From contig JAQOWU010000008.1 of NCBI GenBank assembly GCA_030867685.1, positions 248,001-312,000 on the forward strand: a stretch of 64,000 bases of DNA. The letters run 5' to 3'. The position numbers were made by a program, and so were the translations under genes. Shown here in pieces: positions 11,622 to 22,867 of the stretch. Source of the stretch: Wickerhamiella versatilis (Eukaryota). Numbering within the stretch: the stretch's first letter is position 1; each line of letters starts with the position of its first letter. Under the pieces are notes generated by a model. It was not told where the DNA came from, ran no database searches, and saw nothing but the letters and a program-made list of their open reading frames with translations.

Positions 11622-13148
11622 ATGACCGCAACGTTCAGGGATACTCTCTTTGAAGCAGGTGGCATTGGGGCAGCTTCCTCTGGTGTTGAAATATATTTTA
11701 TATACTTTCTTAAGCTGCTTGTTTTATTTTTATGTTTGAGCGTTGTACCGATATTATGGGACTCTGTGTGGTACTATTACCAGCGTCGTCAGTATGGTTG
11801 CAGCTCCGTTAAAACACTCTACAATTGGCCATTTGGACTTTGTAAGTCTATAAAGATGGTAAGGGCTATTGCAAATAATACTGCATTGGATTTGATGGAA
11901 AGCTTGTGGCGCTCACATGATGAAAGAACAATGCGCTTAAATCAGGGCGGTATGATGTGGATTGCCACTATAGAGCCTGAAAATATAAAAACAATTCTTT
12001 CAACAGAATTTTCAAGTTATTCTCTAGGCTTTCGCCGTGAGGCACTTCTCCCGTTCCTTGGAAATGGTATTTTTACTTTGAGCGGTCCCGAGTGGAGACA
12101 CTCCCGAGCAATGCTACGCCCTCAGTTTACTAGAGAGCAAGTATCTCGCACGAATAGTTTGGATAAGCATATGAAAAGTCTCATTGGTATTCTTGAAAAG
12201 GGAAACGTGGTAGACGCACAAGAACTATTTCACCTTTTAACGCTAGATACTGCCACTGAATTTCTATTCGGAGAATCGGCTGATTCTTTGACTTCGAAGT
12301 CTGGTCGTGATTTCGCTGAAGCTTTTGGATATGCTCTCAAGTTGTCCTCAATCCGATTAGCTCTAGGAAAACTCTACTGGGTGGCACAAACTCCAAGATT
12401 CTGGTCATCCTGTAAATATATTCACAAATTCGTTGACAAGTATGTTTCAATGGCGCTGCAAAATACAAAAGATTCGGAAAGGTATATTTTTATCGAAGAG
12501 CTAAGCCGGGAAACTCGCGATCCTCTTGCAATACGATCGGAGTCGCTGAATATACTATTAGCCGGACGTGATACTACAGCGAGTACTCTTTCATATGCTG
12601 TGTGGTATTTGGGTAATCATAAAAAACATTTCGCCAGTCTCCGTTCAGCTGTGATTAACTTGAACCCAACATATGAATCTCTGAAAGCTTGTAAACCACT
12701 TCAAAATGTTCTCAATGAAGTTTTGAGACTCCATCCAATTGTTCCTGCGAATTTAAGAACAGCAATAAAAAACACAAAGCTCCCAAATGGAAACGTTTTT
12801 GTACCACGTGGAACTAATGTCACGTACCTAACCTATGGTCTTCACAGAGACCCTAGGATTTGGGGAGAAGATGCTGCGGAATTTCGCCCTGAAAGATGGG
12901 AAAGTTTCCATCCCAAAGCTTGGGAGTATATTCCGTTTAATGGTGGGCCGAGAATCTGCCTTGGTCAGCAATTCGCATTGACAGAGATGGGTCTGGCTCT
13001 AGTTAGATTATGTCAAAACTTCCAGGATATTGATATTATATCTCCTAAATCGTCGAATCTCCTGCAGGCATATCGCTTAACATCAAGCATTGCCGGAGGG
13101 GTCTTTGCGCGTTTTATTCCCACGCATACTACACTTGATGAGCATTAA
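11622..13148 (+). CDS. CYP52: Cytochrome P450, CYP52 family (alkane/fatty-acid hydroxylase)
   Basis: N-terminal membrane anchor; GNGIFTLSGPEWRHSRAMLRPQF, AGRDTT, EVLR, PERW and heme motif PFNGGPRICLGQQFAL. Confidence 0.93.
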   Translation: MTATFRDTLFEAGGIGAASSGVEIYFIYFLKLLVLFLCLSVVPILWDSVWYYYQRRQYGCSSVKTLYNWPFGLCKSIKMVRAIANNTALDLMESLWRSHDERTMRLNQGGMMWIATIEPENIKTILSTEFSSYSLGFRREALLPFLGNGIFTLSGPEWRHSRAMLRPQFTREQVSRTNSLDKHMKSLIGILEKGNVVDAQELFHLLTLDTATEFLFGESADSLTSKSGRDFAEAFGYALKLSSIRLALGKLYWVAQTPRFWSSCKYIHKFVDKYVSMALQNTKDSERYIFIEELSRETRDPLAIRSESLNILLAGRDTTASTLSYAVWYLGNHKKHFASLRSAVINLNPTYESLKACKPLQNVLNEVLRLHPIVPANLRTAIKNTKLPNGNVFVPRGTNVTYLTYGLHRDPRIWGEDAAEFRPERWESFHPKAWEYIPFNGGPRICLGQQFALTEMGLALVRLCQNFQDIDIISPKSSNLLQAYRLTSSIAGGVFARFIPTHTTLDEH

Positions 13149-13234
13149 GCAAATTATTACCGGCTAAGTTTTATTTTCTTTATTGAACAAGCAGAAGAGT
13201 ACCAATACTAGCTATCGCCGTTTTTCATTTCTTA

Positions 13235-14491
13235 CTACAAAGATGAGAGTAATCCGAGAGCTTTTTTGAGAGTCTGTCGCGAAGGACCACCCCGGCTACC
13301 ATCTATAACACTGTTTTTTGTGACTGCTTCTTTACTTTTCCAGCTAAATTTGTGTTGCAAATGAGCAGGAAGCTCGCGGTTTATACCTTTCAGAACGTAT
13401 TCACCCAATATAGGCAAGAATTTAAAGCCATGACCACTTCCACCAGTAGCAATGAATAAGTTTGAATAATCTGGGTGATAGCTCAATATAAAGTCTCCGT
13501 TGGCCGTATCTGTGTAAGAACATATTCTGGTTTTTGAAAATTTTCTTTTTGATATCTCTTCACCGTAGAAAGGTTTTATGCCTTTTCTAATAACTTGAAT
13601 AGCCTCATTAGGAAGAGTATGACCGTTTGAAGAACCATCAAATTCCAAAGGTTCAGGGATTTCATAACCATAACCATGTCTTGCAGCTTTCAGGATCCCC
13701 TGTTCATTGGGCGGGAACACGTAGAGTCCCGTGTCAAATTCAAGGATGACTGGCATATTAGAATAACGTTCCTGCTCATCAGGTGTCAACTGGATCATAC
13801 ATACTGGTTGTCCAACTGTTACCAAACGATGCTGAGAGTCGATAAGAGAGTTTGTCCAACCACCCATTGCAGCAATAACAAAATCAGCTTTGATCACTTC
13901 ATTTACCGAATTGACTACTCCTGTAATCCGTCCAGTCTCAGATTTCTCTAGCCTTACCACTGTACCACGACTTCCCGATACAATAGAAACTCCATGTTCG
14001 ATACATTCGATCGCATATCTGCGTACTGCCGCCTCAGCATTAGCCCATCCCGAGGATGTGTTTAAATACCCAGTAATAGATGAAACCTGACCTGTGACCT
14101 CGGGATATAGCCTTTTCCAGTCATAAGAATCATCTAGCGGAATGACATCACTACTCGAGCCTTTCTGGATGTTCTCACGCGCTGCATTAACGTATCCGTG
14201 TTTACCGGACACCGAACAACACACCAGTCCACTTCGGTGGAAATCAACACTTTTATTCCAATATTTGTTAAATGCCTCGAATCCCATTTTGGTATATATT
14301 GGGTCAGCATAGTCCGGGCGGACTATTCTGCTGATATCGACGGAGGTACCATTGGGCACCGGAGGCGGATATTTGTCGAGTACAGAGATTCGTTTATATC
14401 CCTTTCTCGCAAATTGTAGGGCAGTCGAAAGACCAAAAACACCCGCACCGATAATGACTACTTCATCATCAAACTGAACTGGACTACTCAT
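13235..14491 (-). CDS. FAD-dependent amine oxidase (sarcosine / L-pipecolate / fructosyl-amino-acid oxidase family)
   Basis: GAGVFG dinucleotide-binding motif, TSVDISRIVRPDY, RICSYTDT (covalent-FAD Cys region), GGSGHGFKFLP. Ends in SSL, a possible PTS1 variant. Confidence 0.88.
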   Translation of the reverse strand: MSSPVQFDDEVVIIGAGVFGLSTALQFARKGYKRISVLDKYPPPVPNGTSVDISRIVRPDYADPIYTKMGFEAFNKYWNKSVDFHRSGLVCCSVSGKHGYVNAARENIQKGSSSDVIPLDDSYDWKRLYPEVTGQVSSITGYLNTSSGWANAEAAVRRYAIECIEHGVSIVSGSRGTVVRLEKSETGRITGVVNSVNEVIKADFVIAAMGGWTNSLIDSQHRLVTVGQPVCMIQLTPDEQERYSNMPVILEFDTGLYVFPPNEQGILKAARHGYGYEIPEPLEFDGSSNGHTLPNEAIQVIRKGIKPFYGEEISKRKFSKTRICSYTDTANGDFILSYHPDYSNLFIATGGSGHGFKFLPILGEYVLKGINRELPAHLQHKFSWKSKEAVTKNSVIDGSRGGPSRQTLKKALGLLSSL

Positions 14492-15665
14492 TCAACAAAA
14501 CTAGATCACCAACCAGAAGTTGTGTCGGTGACTAATATTCGCATCAAGATCTGAAATGGCTCAAATCCTGAGGCGGTTATGAAGAAAACTTTACCCGAAA
14601 AAGTGAGGTAGAGTCTCATTTAATTGATTTGGGTGGATTGAGGCTTATAGGTGGAAAACGAGCAGAAGATGATAGCTTATACATGACATATGGGCAGTGG
14701 GCTACACAATTTCCATGTTATTATTATTCACTAGCAAAATAGTATGTCATATCCCATTTGATACTCTTAGCTCATGGAATTAGAGTCCCAGGAATCATCC
14801 ACTTGGTACCGGTTAGCCACATATATGAGAAGAATTGAGTAACCAGTAAAAGCAAGGCACATGCAAAGAAATTACCAATATCTTGTAAGAGGTGACGCGT
14901 ATTTATCCGTAAGATCTATATATCTGTTGTCAGTTTATTCATAATATCCGAACAAACGATTATTTTTTTTCTTTGCGTGCTTCATAAGTAAAGCTGTTTT
15001 TGGTGGTTGAGCTGGCAAGATATATCATCATACAGATAACTAAGTGAATAAGATTGTGGATATATCCCAAGGAGAATATGTGTTGCCCTCACATCTAATA
15101 TGCTTTTCTTGTTATTTGTGAAATAACGAAGTAAGAAAATACAAAGAAGCGCGTATTTCGTCTCAAAAATGGCATAGAATTTTCGGCATAGATTTGTTGC
15201 GTATTTATCTTACGATTCGATGTCTATCTCCTTACCTTTTCTTGATTTGTTTGTCATCTTACCAGTGTTCATACCATCTAACGACTAATACGTGAATTGG
15301 CTACCTACTTCTTGTTAGATTCAACTGCTTTTCTTCGAAAATTATTGTTTATTAGGGCCTGTATGCTTTTAGAGATAATTCTAGATGCTGTTGAACTTTG
15401 GAGGATTATGCATAGGCATACTAAGCTGCATCACCATCGCTCCGATGCAACATTCCTCTTTTCAAGAAGTAAAAAAAAATGAAAAAGATATTAGCAATAG
15501 CTATTCCAATGCTATCAGAAGAGCGTGGTCATGAGATAATGAATGGGCCGAAATAAATTCATATGCTGGCAATTAATATTAATGATCTGACAAACATCCC
15601 AGCTAAGAGTGTAATAATCATTACCGTGGCACACGCGTCAATAATTCTGTAAGAGCTGTGGAATT

Positions 15666-16436
15666 ATGTGCGCTTCACAACGTCTATTACACAGGGTAGC
15701 TTTGATAACAGGGGGGAGTGAAGGTATTGGCCTAGCAACTGCACAAAATTTTGTAGAGGAAGGTGCTTTCGTTTTCATTACCGGTCGCAGGCAAGTAGAG
15801 TTAGATGAGGCGGTAGCCTATATTGGTCGAAACGTTGTAGCAATCAGAGCTGATGTCTCCAATCTCTCTGACTTGGACCGTGTCTTCCAAAATATAAAGG
15901 ATCTCAAAGGGAGTTTGGATATTGTATTTGCCAATGCAGGCATTGCAAATGGCCACCAATTAGGCCAAATAACAGAGGAGGAATACGAAAGTCAGTTTTC
16001 TGTGAATGTCAAGGGTGTCATTTGGACTATTCAAAAATCTCTTCCTCATCTGATCGAGGGAGCCTCGATTATACTCAATGCCTCGATCGCGGGGTCAAAG
16101 GAACTGCTCGTGAAAAACAGTGTATATGGAGCAACTAAAGCTGCTGTAATTCAGCTAGGTAAAACATGGGCCTTGGATTTAGGTCGCAGAAAGATCCGAG
16201 TGAATACAGTCAGCCCTGGTCCCATTTTCACCCCCATGTTGCGAAATAACCCCGAGGAGCAGCTAAGGCGATATTCATCTCTTATAGCTCTTCGCCGACT
16301 GGGTGAACCCGAAGAAGTGGCCCATGTTGTAACATTTCTTGCATCCAATGAATCAAGTTTTGTCAATGGTACAGATATAGTGGTCGACGGAGGATTTGTA
16401 AATTCGCCTGTGTTTGATGAACCTTACAACACTTAG
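15666..16436 (+). CDS. Classical short-chain dehydrogenase/reductase, bacterial-like
   Basis: TGGSEGIG, FANAG, YGATK (YxxxK), IRVNTVSPGP, VDGG. The segment ITGRRQVELDEAV...DVSNLSDLDRVF resembles proteobacterial SDRs. Confidence 0.9.
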   Translation: MCASQRLLHRVALITGGSEGIGLATAQNFVEEGAFVFITGRRQVELDEAVAYIGRNVVAIRADVSNLSDLDRVFQNIKDLKGSLDIVFANAGIANGHQLGQITEEEYESQFSVNVKGVIWTIQKSLPHLIEGASIILNASIAGSKELLVKNSVYGATKAAVIQLGKTWALDLGRRKIRVNTVSPGPIFTPMLRNNPEEQLRRYSSLIALRRLGEPEEVAHVVTFLASNESSFVNGTDIVVDGGFVNSPVFDEPYNT

Positions 16437-18553
16437 GCGATCAAATTAAAGTGCAGTAAAATTGTCGTAAGCAAGTAGTCATTCATATTGCAGCATTCCT
16501 AAACGCTAGTATCAGATCCTATGAATAACCAGTCGAAATAGAGGCAGTCATGGCAGACTGAGTGGATACCGTTTGTGATCTTTCAAAGGATGAATATCTA
16601 GCGGATAGAATACTGTTAAGAGGAAGGAGAAGGTTCTTCATAATGGACTACGAGAAACTAAATCAATTCTATGGAATTTGCCAAAAACTATGGTGTTCAG
16701 ATTTAGAAAAAAAAATGATAATAATAAATAAACACAGGCTTTTATTCGACCAAGCTTAGAGGATGGCATGCATGAACTCGTCGTGGAATTAGAACTTTTC
16801 CGTATTCGGGTGGGATTATGAGAGTGTATTTCAGCTCTCGGCGTCGGGCTCTTTTGGTCAATTCGACATTAATATCACTAATACTTGGCCTATCAAGTCG
16901 AATACACCCAATTAAAACCAAGCAATGATTTATATAGGTTTACAATAATAAATTAGCTAGATGTTGTGTAATTTGTTCCCCGTTTCAAAAGAATGCATCT
17001 CAATGACATTTACCCCACATAACAAGCTCATCTCCTGTATAGAATAGATATGCTTCTCCGATATCAGAAACCTCATAAATGTCCTCATTCTGTAGATAAC
17101 AGTATCAGTTGCCGACTACTTGTTGTCCAGCGTGCTATCATTTACTACCCTGGTCACACAACACATGTTTAGCACGTGATACCACACGCGAGTAAAATAA
17201 AATTTGAAAGGATTTCGAATAAATATGCCTGCAAATCAGCCTACCTGAATAAAGAATCACAAGAATAGGATCATGTATTCATGTAAGGTTTCTGAATAGT
17301 CGCAGGTCGCTCTCGTCTAAATGTTGATCGAGCAGGTAGAACAAATGGTCCAATGATACCCATAGAAACATAGACAAGGGTGGCATATCCTCTGCTCCTA
17401 TGAAGCGGCACTGCAGCCGTCATCCTAGAATTGAGACTAACCGTGATGTGCTGTATCATATTTATAAAATGTGTCGTATTTAAACGGATGCGTGGTTAGG
17501 GTAGTATGTTCGATTTGATGACTATCTTGTTGTTGACACATCATACCATATCACGCATTTAGTGCGCATGAAATATCATCAGGAAAGCGTGGATTTTTAC
17601 AGCATATAAAAAAATAGATTTCGATGCTTCTATGAGAGCGAGCACTCTTGTAGCATTTTCTTTTGGATGGTTTATACGCAATTCAATTTTATTTAATTGC
17701 TTCTTCGACTAAGCGACAATGTCAGTACTCTTCATAGTTTTTAAAGTGAGTGGGGAATGGATGCTCGCTTTCCTGCAGCGGATATGAGCTTTAGAGTTGT
17801 AAAAGATGGCTCGATGTGAGGGGTTTTGTTTTTGAACGTATAATCAACATGTATTGCTTTTTAATTTAATCTCTCCTTATGTGTCTTTAGTGAAGACTCC
17901 CTTTGTTATTGAGATATTTGCATGTTGATCCTAGTGAAAGGGGTTGATATTATAATGTCAAATTAAGCATCATATCATCTTGACTGACATCAGACGGAAA
18001 ACACACCGCTTCAAACGAGCATCCACTGTAATTCAGGAAGTAAAACCTAATTCGTAATTCATGACTGGGAACTAAGATGAGCCAGTGGCCAAACATTGGT
18101 TCTGACAGCAGCACGAGACCATGGCTGCGAAAAACCCACACATACTATAAGCAAAGAGAACCCCAATCACCAGGAGACATACTGGACATTAAAGCAACGA
18201 TGTGCATGTCCTGAGAGAAATATATGGATCTTCTCAAGGGGGCATATGTGAAATAAAGCTATTCATAATGCAGTGCTTGAACAGGGCAAGGAAAAGACCA
18301 TCATGAGGCAGTGACAAGTGAAGAAAACGAGACAATACTGTATTGAGCTGCCTTGCCTGTGACTCATGCTTTCTGTCCAGGTTACATGCCAAGAATTTGA
18401 ATGAAATACAAACGAGCCGGATCAAATCGGCATCAATGCCTCAAGCTGTGGCCATAACTCCTAAAATTTCACAAATACAACCACCACCAATTACAGAAAA
18501 CTATCATAGGAAGATCTCAATCGACAGATATCGTAAATAGATGTACTTTGAAT

Positions 18554-18583
18554 AGGCATATTCCCACCAGGCATATTCCCACC
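18554..18583. repeat. 15-bp perfect tandem duplication (AGGCATATTCCCACC x2)
   Basis: Read directly from the sequence. Confidence 0.85.
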
Positions 18584-19086
18584 CCTACCCAGAACCATGT
18601 GCTGAATTTGAATAACATCTACTATCCTGATAAGCATAACATGGCATTCATAGCAGAGACAGACTAGAAACCATAGAGAGGTAATAATAGATGGTATATG
18701 AAGGTTACACACAGAATCTCTTCATACAAGAGTGAGCTTTTTATATGTAACGGTATATCTCTCAGGAGGAGAGAAAGTTGGTATTTTTGCTGTCAACAAC
18801 CCAGAATCTTTTCGCCAGAGGGTCTGCTAGAGGGTTTTAATTATAGAAAGAGACAAATACCGATGGCTCAATCCATAGCCTCCATATAGGCCTCAATGCG
18901 AACTAAAGCTGGTAACTGATTTCGTTATACATTTATCATTTATGATTCTTGAACTCATGTCCACCATTACAAATACATCAATACGTGGATTTGAAGTCTG
19001 CCGGTAAGCGGCATACGATACTTGGTCAAGATATAAGCCTCAAACCCCAACAAACAGGACACAAATATTAACACTATATGATATTT

Positions 19087-19923
19087 CTAAGGCACACTAT
19101 AGCCACCGTCTACACGAATATCAGCACCTGTTGTATAACTAGCGGCATCTGATGCCAAATAGAGGTATGCGCCAGCCATCTCCTTAGGCAATCCCAAGCG
19201 ACCCATGGGTGTGAGCTTATCCCAAGTATCTTTTAGCTCCTCAGGAGCATAGTGCACAAGGTCAGTAAGCACGTAACCTGGGCTCACAGAGTTGACCCGA
19301 GCAAAGCCAGCCCACTCCACTGCAAGATTCCGCATCAGATGGTGCACGGCAGCTTTAGACACGTTATACAATCCATGATGCTGGGGAACATTAACAATGT
19401 GGGAAGACATTGATGCCGTGAATACAAGCGATCCTGTTCCTCGTTCCTTGAAATGTTTGCCAACAGCTTTTGCACAGAAGTAGGCACCCTTGACGTTGAC
19501 ACCCATCATCTTCTCATATTCCTGCTCACCCTGATCAATCATGAGACCCTCAGTAATTACACCCGCATTAGCAACAAGAATATCAACTTTGCCAAAATCC
19601 TTGATTTGTTGCGCGATTGCCTTTTCAACAGCCTCCTCGTCTGTAACTTGGACACGATACGCCTCAACCTTGACGTTATACCTCTCGCGTAGGTATTTCA
19701 CCTTTTGGTCTGGAACATGACTGTTGTACCAGATGGCGACGTCAGCCCCTGCTCCTGCAAAGGCCTCGGCGATGGCGAAACCAATCCCGATTGACGAGCC
19801 AGTAACAGACGCAACTTTACCCTTTAGACTGAACAGGGAAGCGACAGTCACATCGCTGTTATCTTCCATGTATCTGGGTGCAACAGACGGATACTTCGTA
19901 CCAGCAAAATTCTCACCAGGCAT
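19087..19923 (-). CDS. SOU1: NADP(H)-dependent sorbose reductase / mannitol dehydrogenase (SOU1-like SDR)
   Basis: LFSLKGKVASVTGSSIGIG, AIWYNSH, TASMSSHIVNVPQ, YNVSK, ARVNSVSPGY, YLYLASDAASYTTGADIRVDGGY. First ATG at 19923. Confidence 0.85.
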   Translation of the reverse strand: MPGENFAGTKYPSVAPRYMEDNSDVTVASLFSLKGKVASVTGSSIGIGFAIAEAFAGAGADVAIWYNSHVPDQKVKYLRERYNVKVEAYRVQVTDEEAVEKAIAQQIKDFGKVDILVANAGVITEGLMIDQGEQEYEKMMGVNVKGAYFCAKAVGKHFKERGTGSLVFTASMSSHIVNVPQHHGLYNVSKAAVHHLMRNLAVEWAGFARVNSVSPGYVLTDLVHYAPEELKDTWDKLTPMGRLGLPKEMAGAYLYLASDAASYTTGADIRVDGGYSVP

Positions 19924-20469
19924 AGTAGTAGAGGGAGTAAGGTGCCACACCCCGCTTTATGTGTAATATGGCAAGGGTCCGCCAGCAATGAAATGCGACC
20001 ATTACATAATGAGATTAGAGTCATGAGGATAGGAAAATAGATTAAGGCCTAATAAGCAGGTTGTAGCCTAGAAAATCAATATTACAGAGTGTGCAACACA
20101 AATATCGAGTAAACAATTTAGTAGCGACTGGAGAGGCATCGTCCAAGTATCTCAGATCTCAAGCCAAATCGAGCAACGGCTGGACCCCGGAAATTATTAG
20201 TCAGTATGCAGTTCTCGACGCAACGCTGATGAAGTTCACCTGACAAATAATAAGCCAGCATGAATACGGGTGCAGGCCGAGGAGCAACCACGATTAAGTA
20301 AGACATTGTAACAAAATGCTATCCATTATTTAAAGATTTAAGTGAAGATGAATTCATTCGTAGTTTCAGGCTGGACTCCGCTTGATAACATAAGATAGCC
20401 CACTATGTCGCTAGCTATAAACGTACGAACCTTGAGCAAACATTGCTAAAAAACTATGCAAAAATAAAC

Positions 20470-22092
20470 TTAGTTTCTAGCCACATCGAAGATTCTGGCG
20501 ATAGCCTCTGCACCAGGATCCGCATGTCCCTTTTGCTTTTCTAGCGGAACATGTGCTGCCCTACCTGCCTTGGCTTGCAACTCTGCGGTATGATTGGCTC
20601 CCTTACGTGCAGCTATAGCGGCGTCATTCATTGTCCCACCTTCGTTAAGCACCCTGATGGCAGGGATCAATGCATCGAGCATGGTACGGTCACCTTCATG
20701 CGCACCACCGTAGTGTTGCATGTGTTCGATGCCTCGTTTAAGAGCAGCAGGCCAGCCTTCTCCCTGCTTGAGGGCCGTGGACGCCGAGGTGAAAAGAATA
20801 GATAGAAGGATTCCACTGGAACCTCCCATGCTATTCTCCAGCAGGGAAGCAACTTTATGACTTAATGCATAATCATCACCAGTGGGCAGTACACCCTCAT
20901 CCAGAGCTTTCAAGAACGCAGCACCACCAGCCGCAAAGGTGCTTCCTGCATCACCATCACCACTGAATTGGTCCAGTTCATCTAACTCATCCCGCGCACC
21001 GACAAGAAGCTCACCTACCTTTCGGATTGTCTTCTCTCTTGCCTCGTCATGTTTTATAGGCCCGTTATTTTCCGGTTTGACTTGAAGAGCCTTTGGCGTA
21101 TCTGCTTCTCGAACTGAATGTACACTGGTAACTCCCGGCCATGCCGAAATCGAGACCGGAGCTTCTAGCGCTTCAAGAGTCTTCTTTTCAGTTGGTAGCA
21201 ACGTTACAGAAAAACCACGCATATCCAAGGAGCCTAAAAGAACCGCAGGACCGATGAAGTGGCTGATCTTTTCAATACCAAACTGCTTGATCACCTCGTA
21301 AGCCAGGACACCGCGCTCCTGCGGACTACAACCGCCTAGATCATTCAAAAGAACAACCCAACTTTTCACTTCGGGATTAGGCTTAAGCGCTTTAAGGACT
21401 GCCGCCACAGCACCCTTGGCATCATTGACATCAACCTTGTACGCACCAGGCTCATTGTGGATACCTAGACCCAGCGCAGGTTCACTAGGTGGCGTTTCCT
21501 TTCCAGGGACATCTGCTGCACCAAGGGAAAGGCCTATAGTAGTCAATTTGTCAACCGTTTCATGGGCTATCTTAGATATAGTCTCCAATGACTCACCTTT
21601 TTCAGCCAAGTAACCAGTGACCTTGTGGATGACAATGGTTCCCGACAATCCCCTTGGCTGCGGATCGTTTTCAATGGAAACATCATCTTTCACCAATACA
21701 ACATCGACATTGTGGCCACGCGATCGCGCTCTCTCTGCAGCTAGGCCAAAATTCAAGCGGTCACCAGTATAATTCTTGACAACTAACAGGCAGCCAGCCT
21801 TTCCTGCAACGGCCTCAATAGCGGTATCAATTGCGTTCACACTGGGCGAAGCAAATAGCTCACCAACAATCGCACCTGTGAGCATACCCTTTCCAATAAA
21901 TCCTGCATGAGCAGGCTCGTGTCCTGCACCGCCGCCAGAAAGCACAGCTACTTTGCCACTGTCAGGAGACCAGTCACTTCTAATGAGAACACGGCCACCA
22001 CCAGAGCACTTAACTCGAGTTATATCACCCTTTGCGAGCTCTGCTTCCACAATATCAGGAACAATGCTGTCAGGCTCATTATAGAACGGCAT
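20470..22092 (-). CDS. dhaK: ATP-dependent dihydroxyacetone kinase (fused DhaK-DhaL), bacterial type
   Basis: SGGGAGHEPAH, VKNYTGDRLNFGLA, GLGIHNEPG, GDGDAGST, MGGSSG, GDRTMLDAL, AGRA, DPGA. At 540 aa, length and loops resemble Citrobacter-type DhaK. Confidence 0.93.
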   Translation of the reverse strand: MPFYNEPDSIVPDIVEAELAKGDITRVKCSGGGRVLIRSDWSPDSGKVAVLSGGGAGHEPAHAGFIGKGMLTGAIVGELFASPSVNAIDTAIEAVAGKAGCLLVVKNYTGDRLNFGLAAERARSRGHNVDVVLVKDDVSIENDPQPRGLSGTIVIHKVTGYLAEKGESLETISKIAHETVDKLTTIGLSLGAADVPGKETPPSEPALGLGIHNEPGAYKVDVNDAKGAVAAVLKALKPNPEVKSWVVLLNDLGGCSPQERGVLAYEVIKQFGIEKISHFIGPAVLLGSLDMRGFSVTLLPTEKKTLEALEAPVSISAWPGVTSVHSVREADTPKALQVKPENNGPIKHDEAREKTIRKVGELLVGARDELDELDQFSGDGDAGSTFAAGGAAFLKALDEGVLPTGDDYALSHKVASLLENSMGGSSGILLSILFTSASTALKQGEGWPAALKRGIEHMQHYGGAHEGDRTMLDALIPAIRVLNEGGTMNDAAIAARKGANHTAELQAKAGRAAHVPLEKQKGHADPGAEAIARIFDVARN

Positions 22093-22867
22093 TTTTGTGA
22101 AGTCTCAATGGGTAATACTCCCACAGTGGATCGCACCCTTTAATACGGGGAGCATTAGTAACACACAATGTTAGTAACACACCCCTCAACATAGCAACCG
22201 TAGAAAGAGTATTTGAGTGTCCTAAATTGTCTAGCCGAATGAGTTCGAGATCATAATAGAACAAATACCGTACTGTGTATTCCTGAGACGAAGCTCCAAG
22301 GATTAATTTTATACACCGCAATGATCTTTAACCCTACCCATGTACTTGTATTGCCTTCGTACCCTGGGCTCGTGCACGGCAAGTAGTCATCATCAATGTG
22401 GAATTCACATATGAATTGTAATTTTTATATTGTGCGTCTACTGGACGCTAATGTTTTTTATCTTTCGAGCAAGTTTAATTTATCTATTCGAGCATATGCA
22501 TTATTGAGTACTGTGAATGGAATCACATTGAAAATCACACTTATATATAGTCTTAAAAACGTTGAATATGCAAGAGTTCGATTAATTTGATAGCATATTT
22601 GCCTACAAATTTCGAGTATAGCAATATCGTCGGATGATCCATGAATCAAAGAGAATAATAGTAATACAAGTGGCTCACTTTTTCTCCTCAGTTGTGAATT
22701 TTCTAGGCGAATTCAAAACAGAACAATAATACCGCTATTTTGAGAAGATGATGAGGAACTTCACCGATAATTTCTCAGTTCTGTCGCTCCGCATTTGTCA
22801 TCACACTTACACTTACCAGTGGAGCCGTTGTTACGTTTCCGGCTAAGTCTTCTAATTGATAATAACC

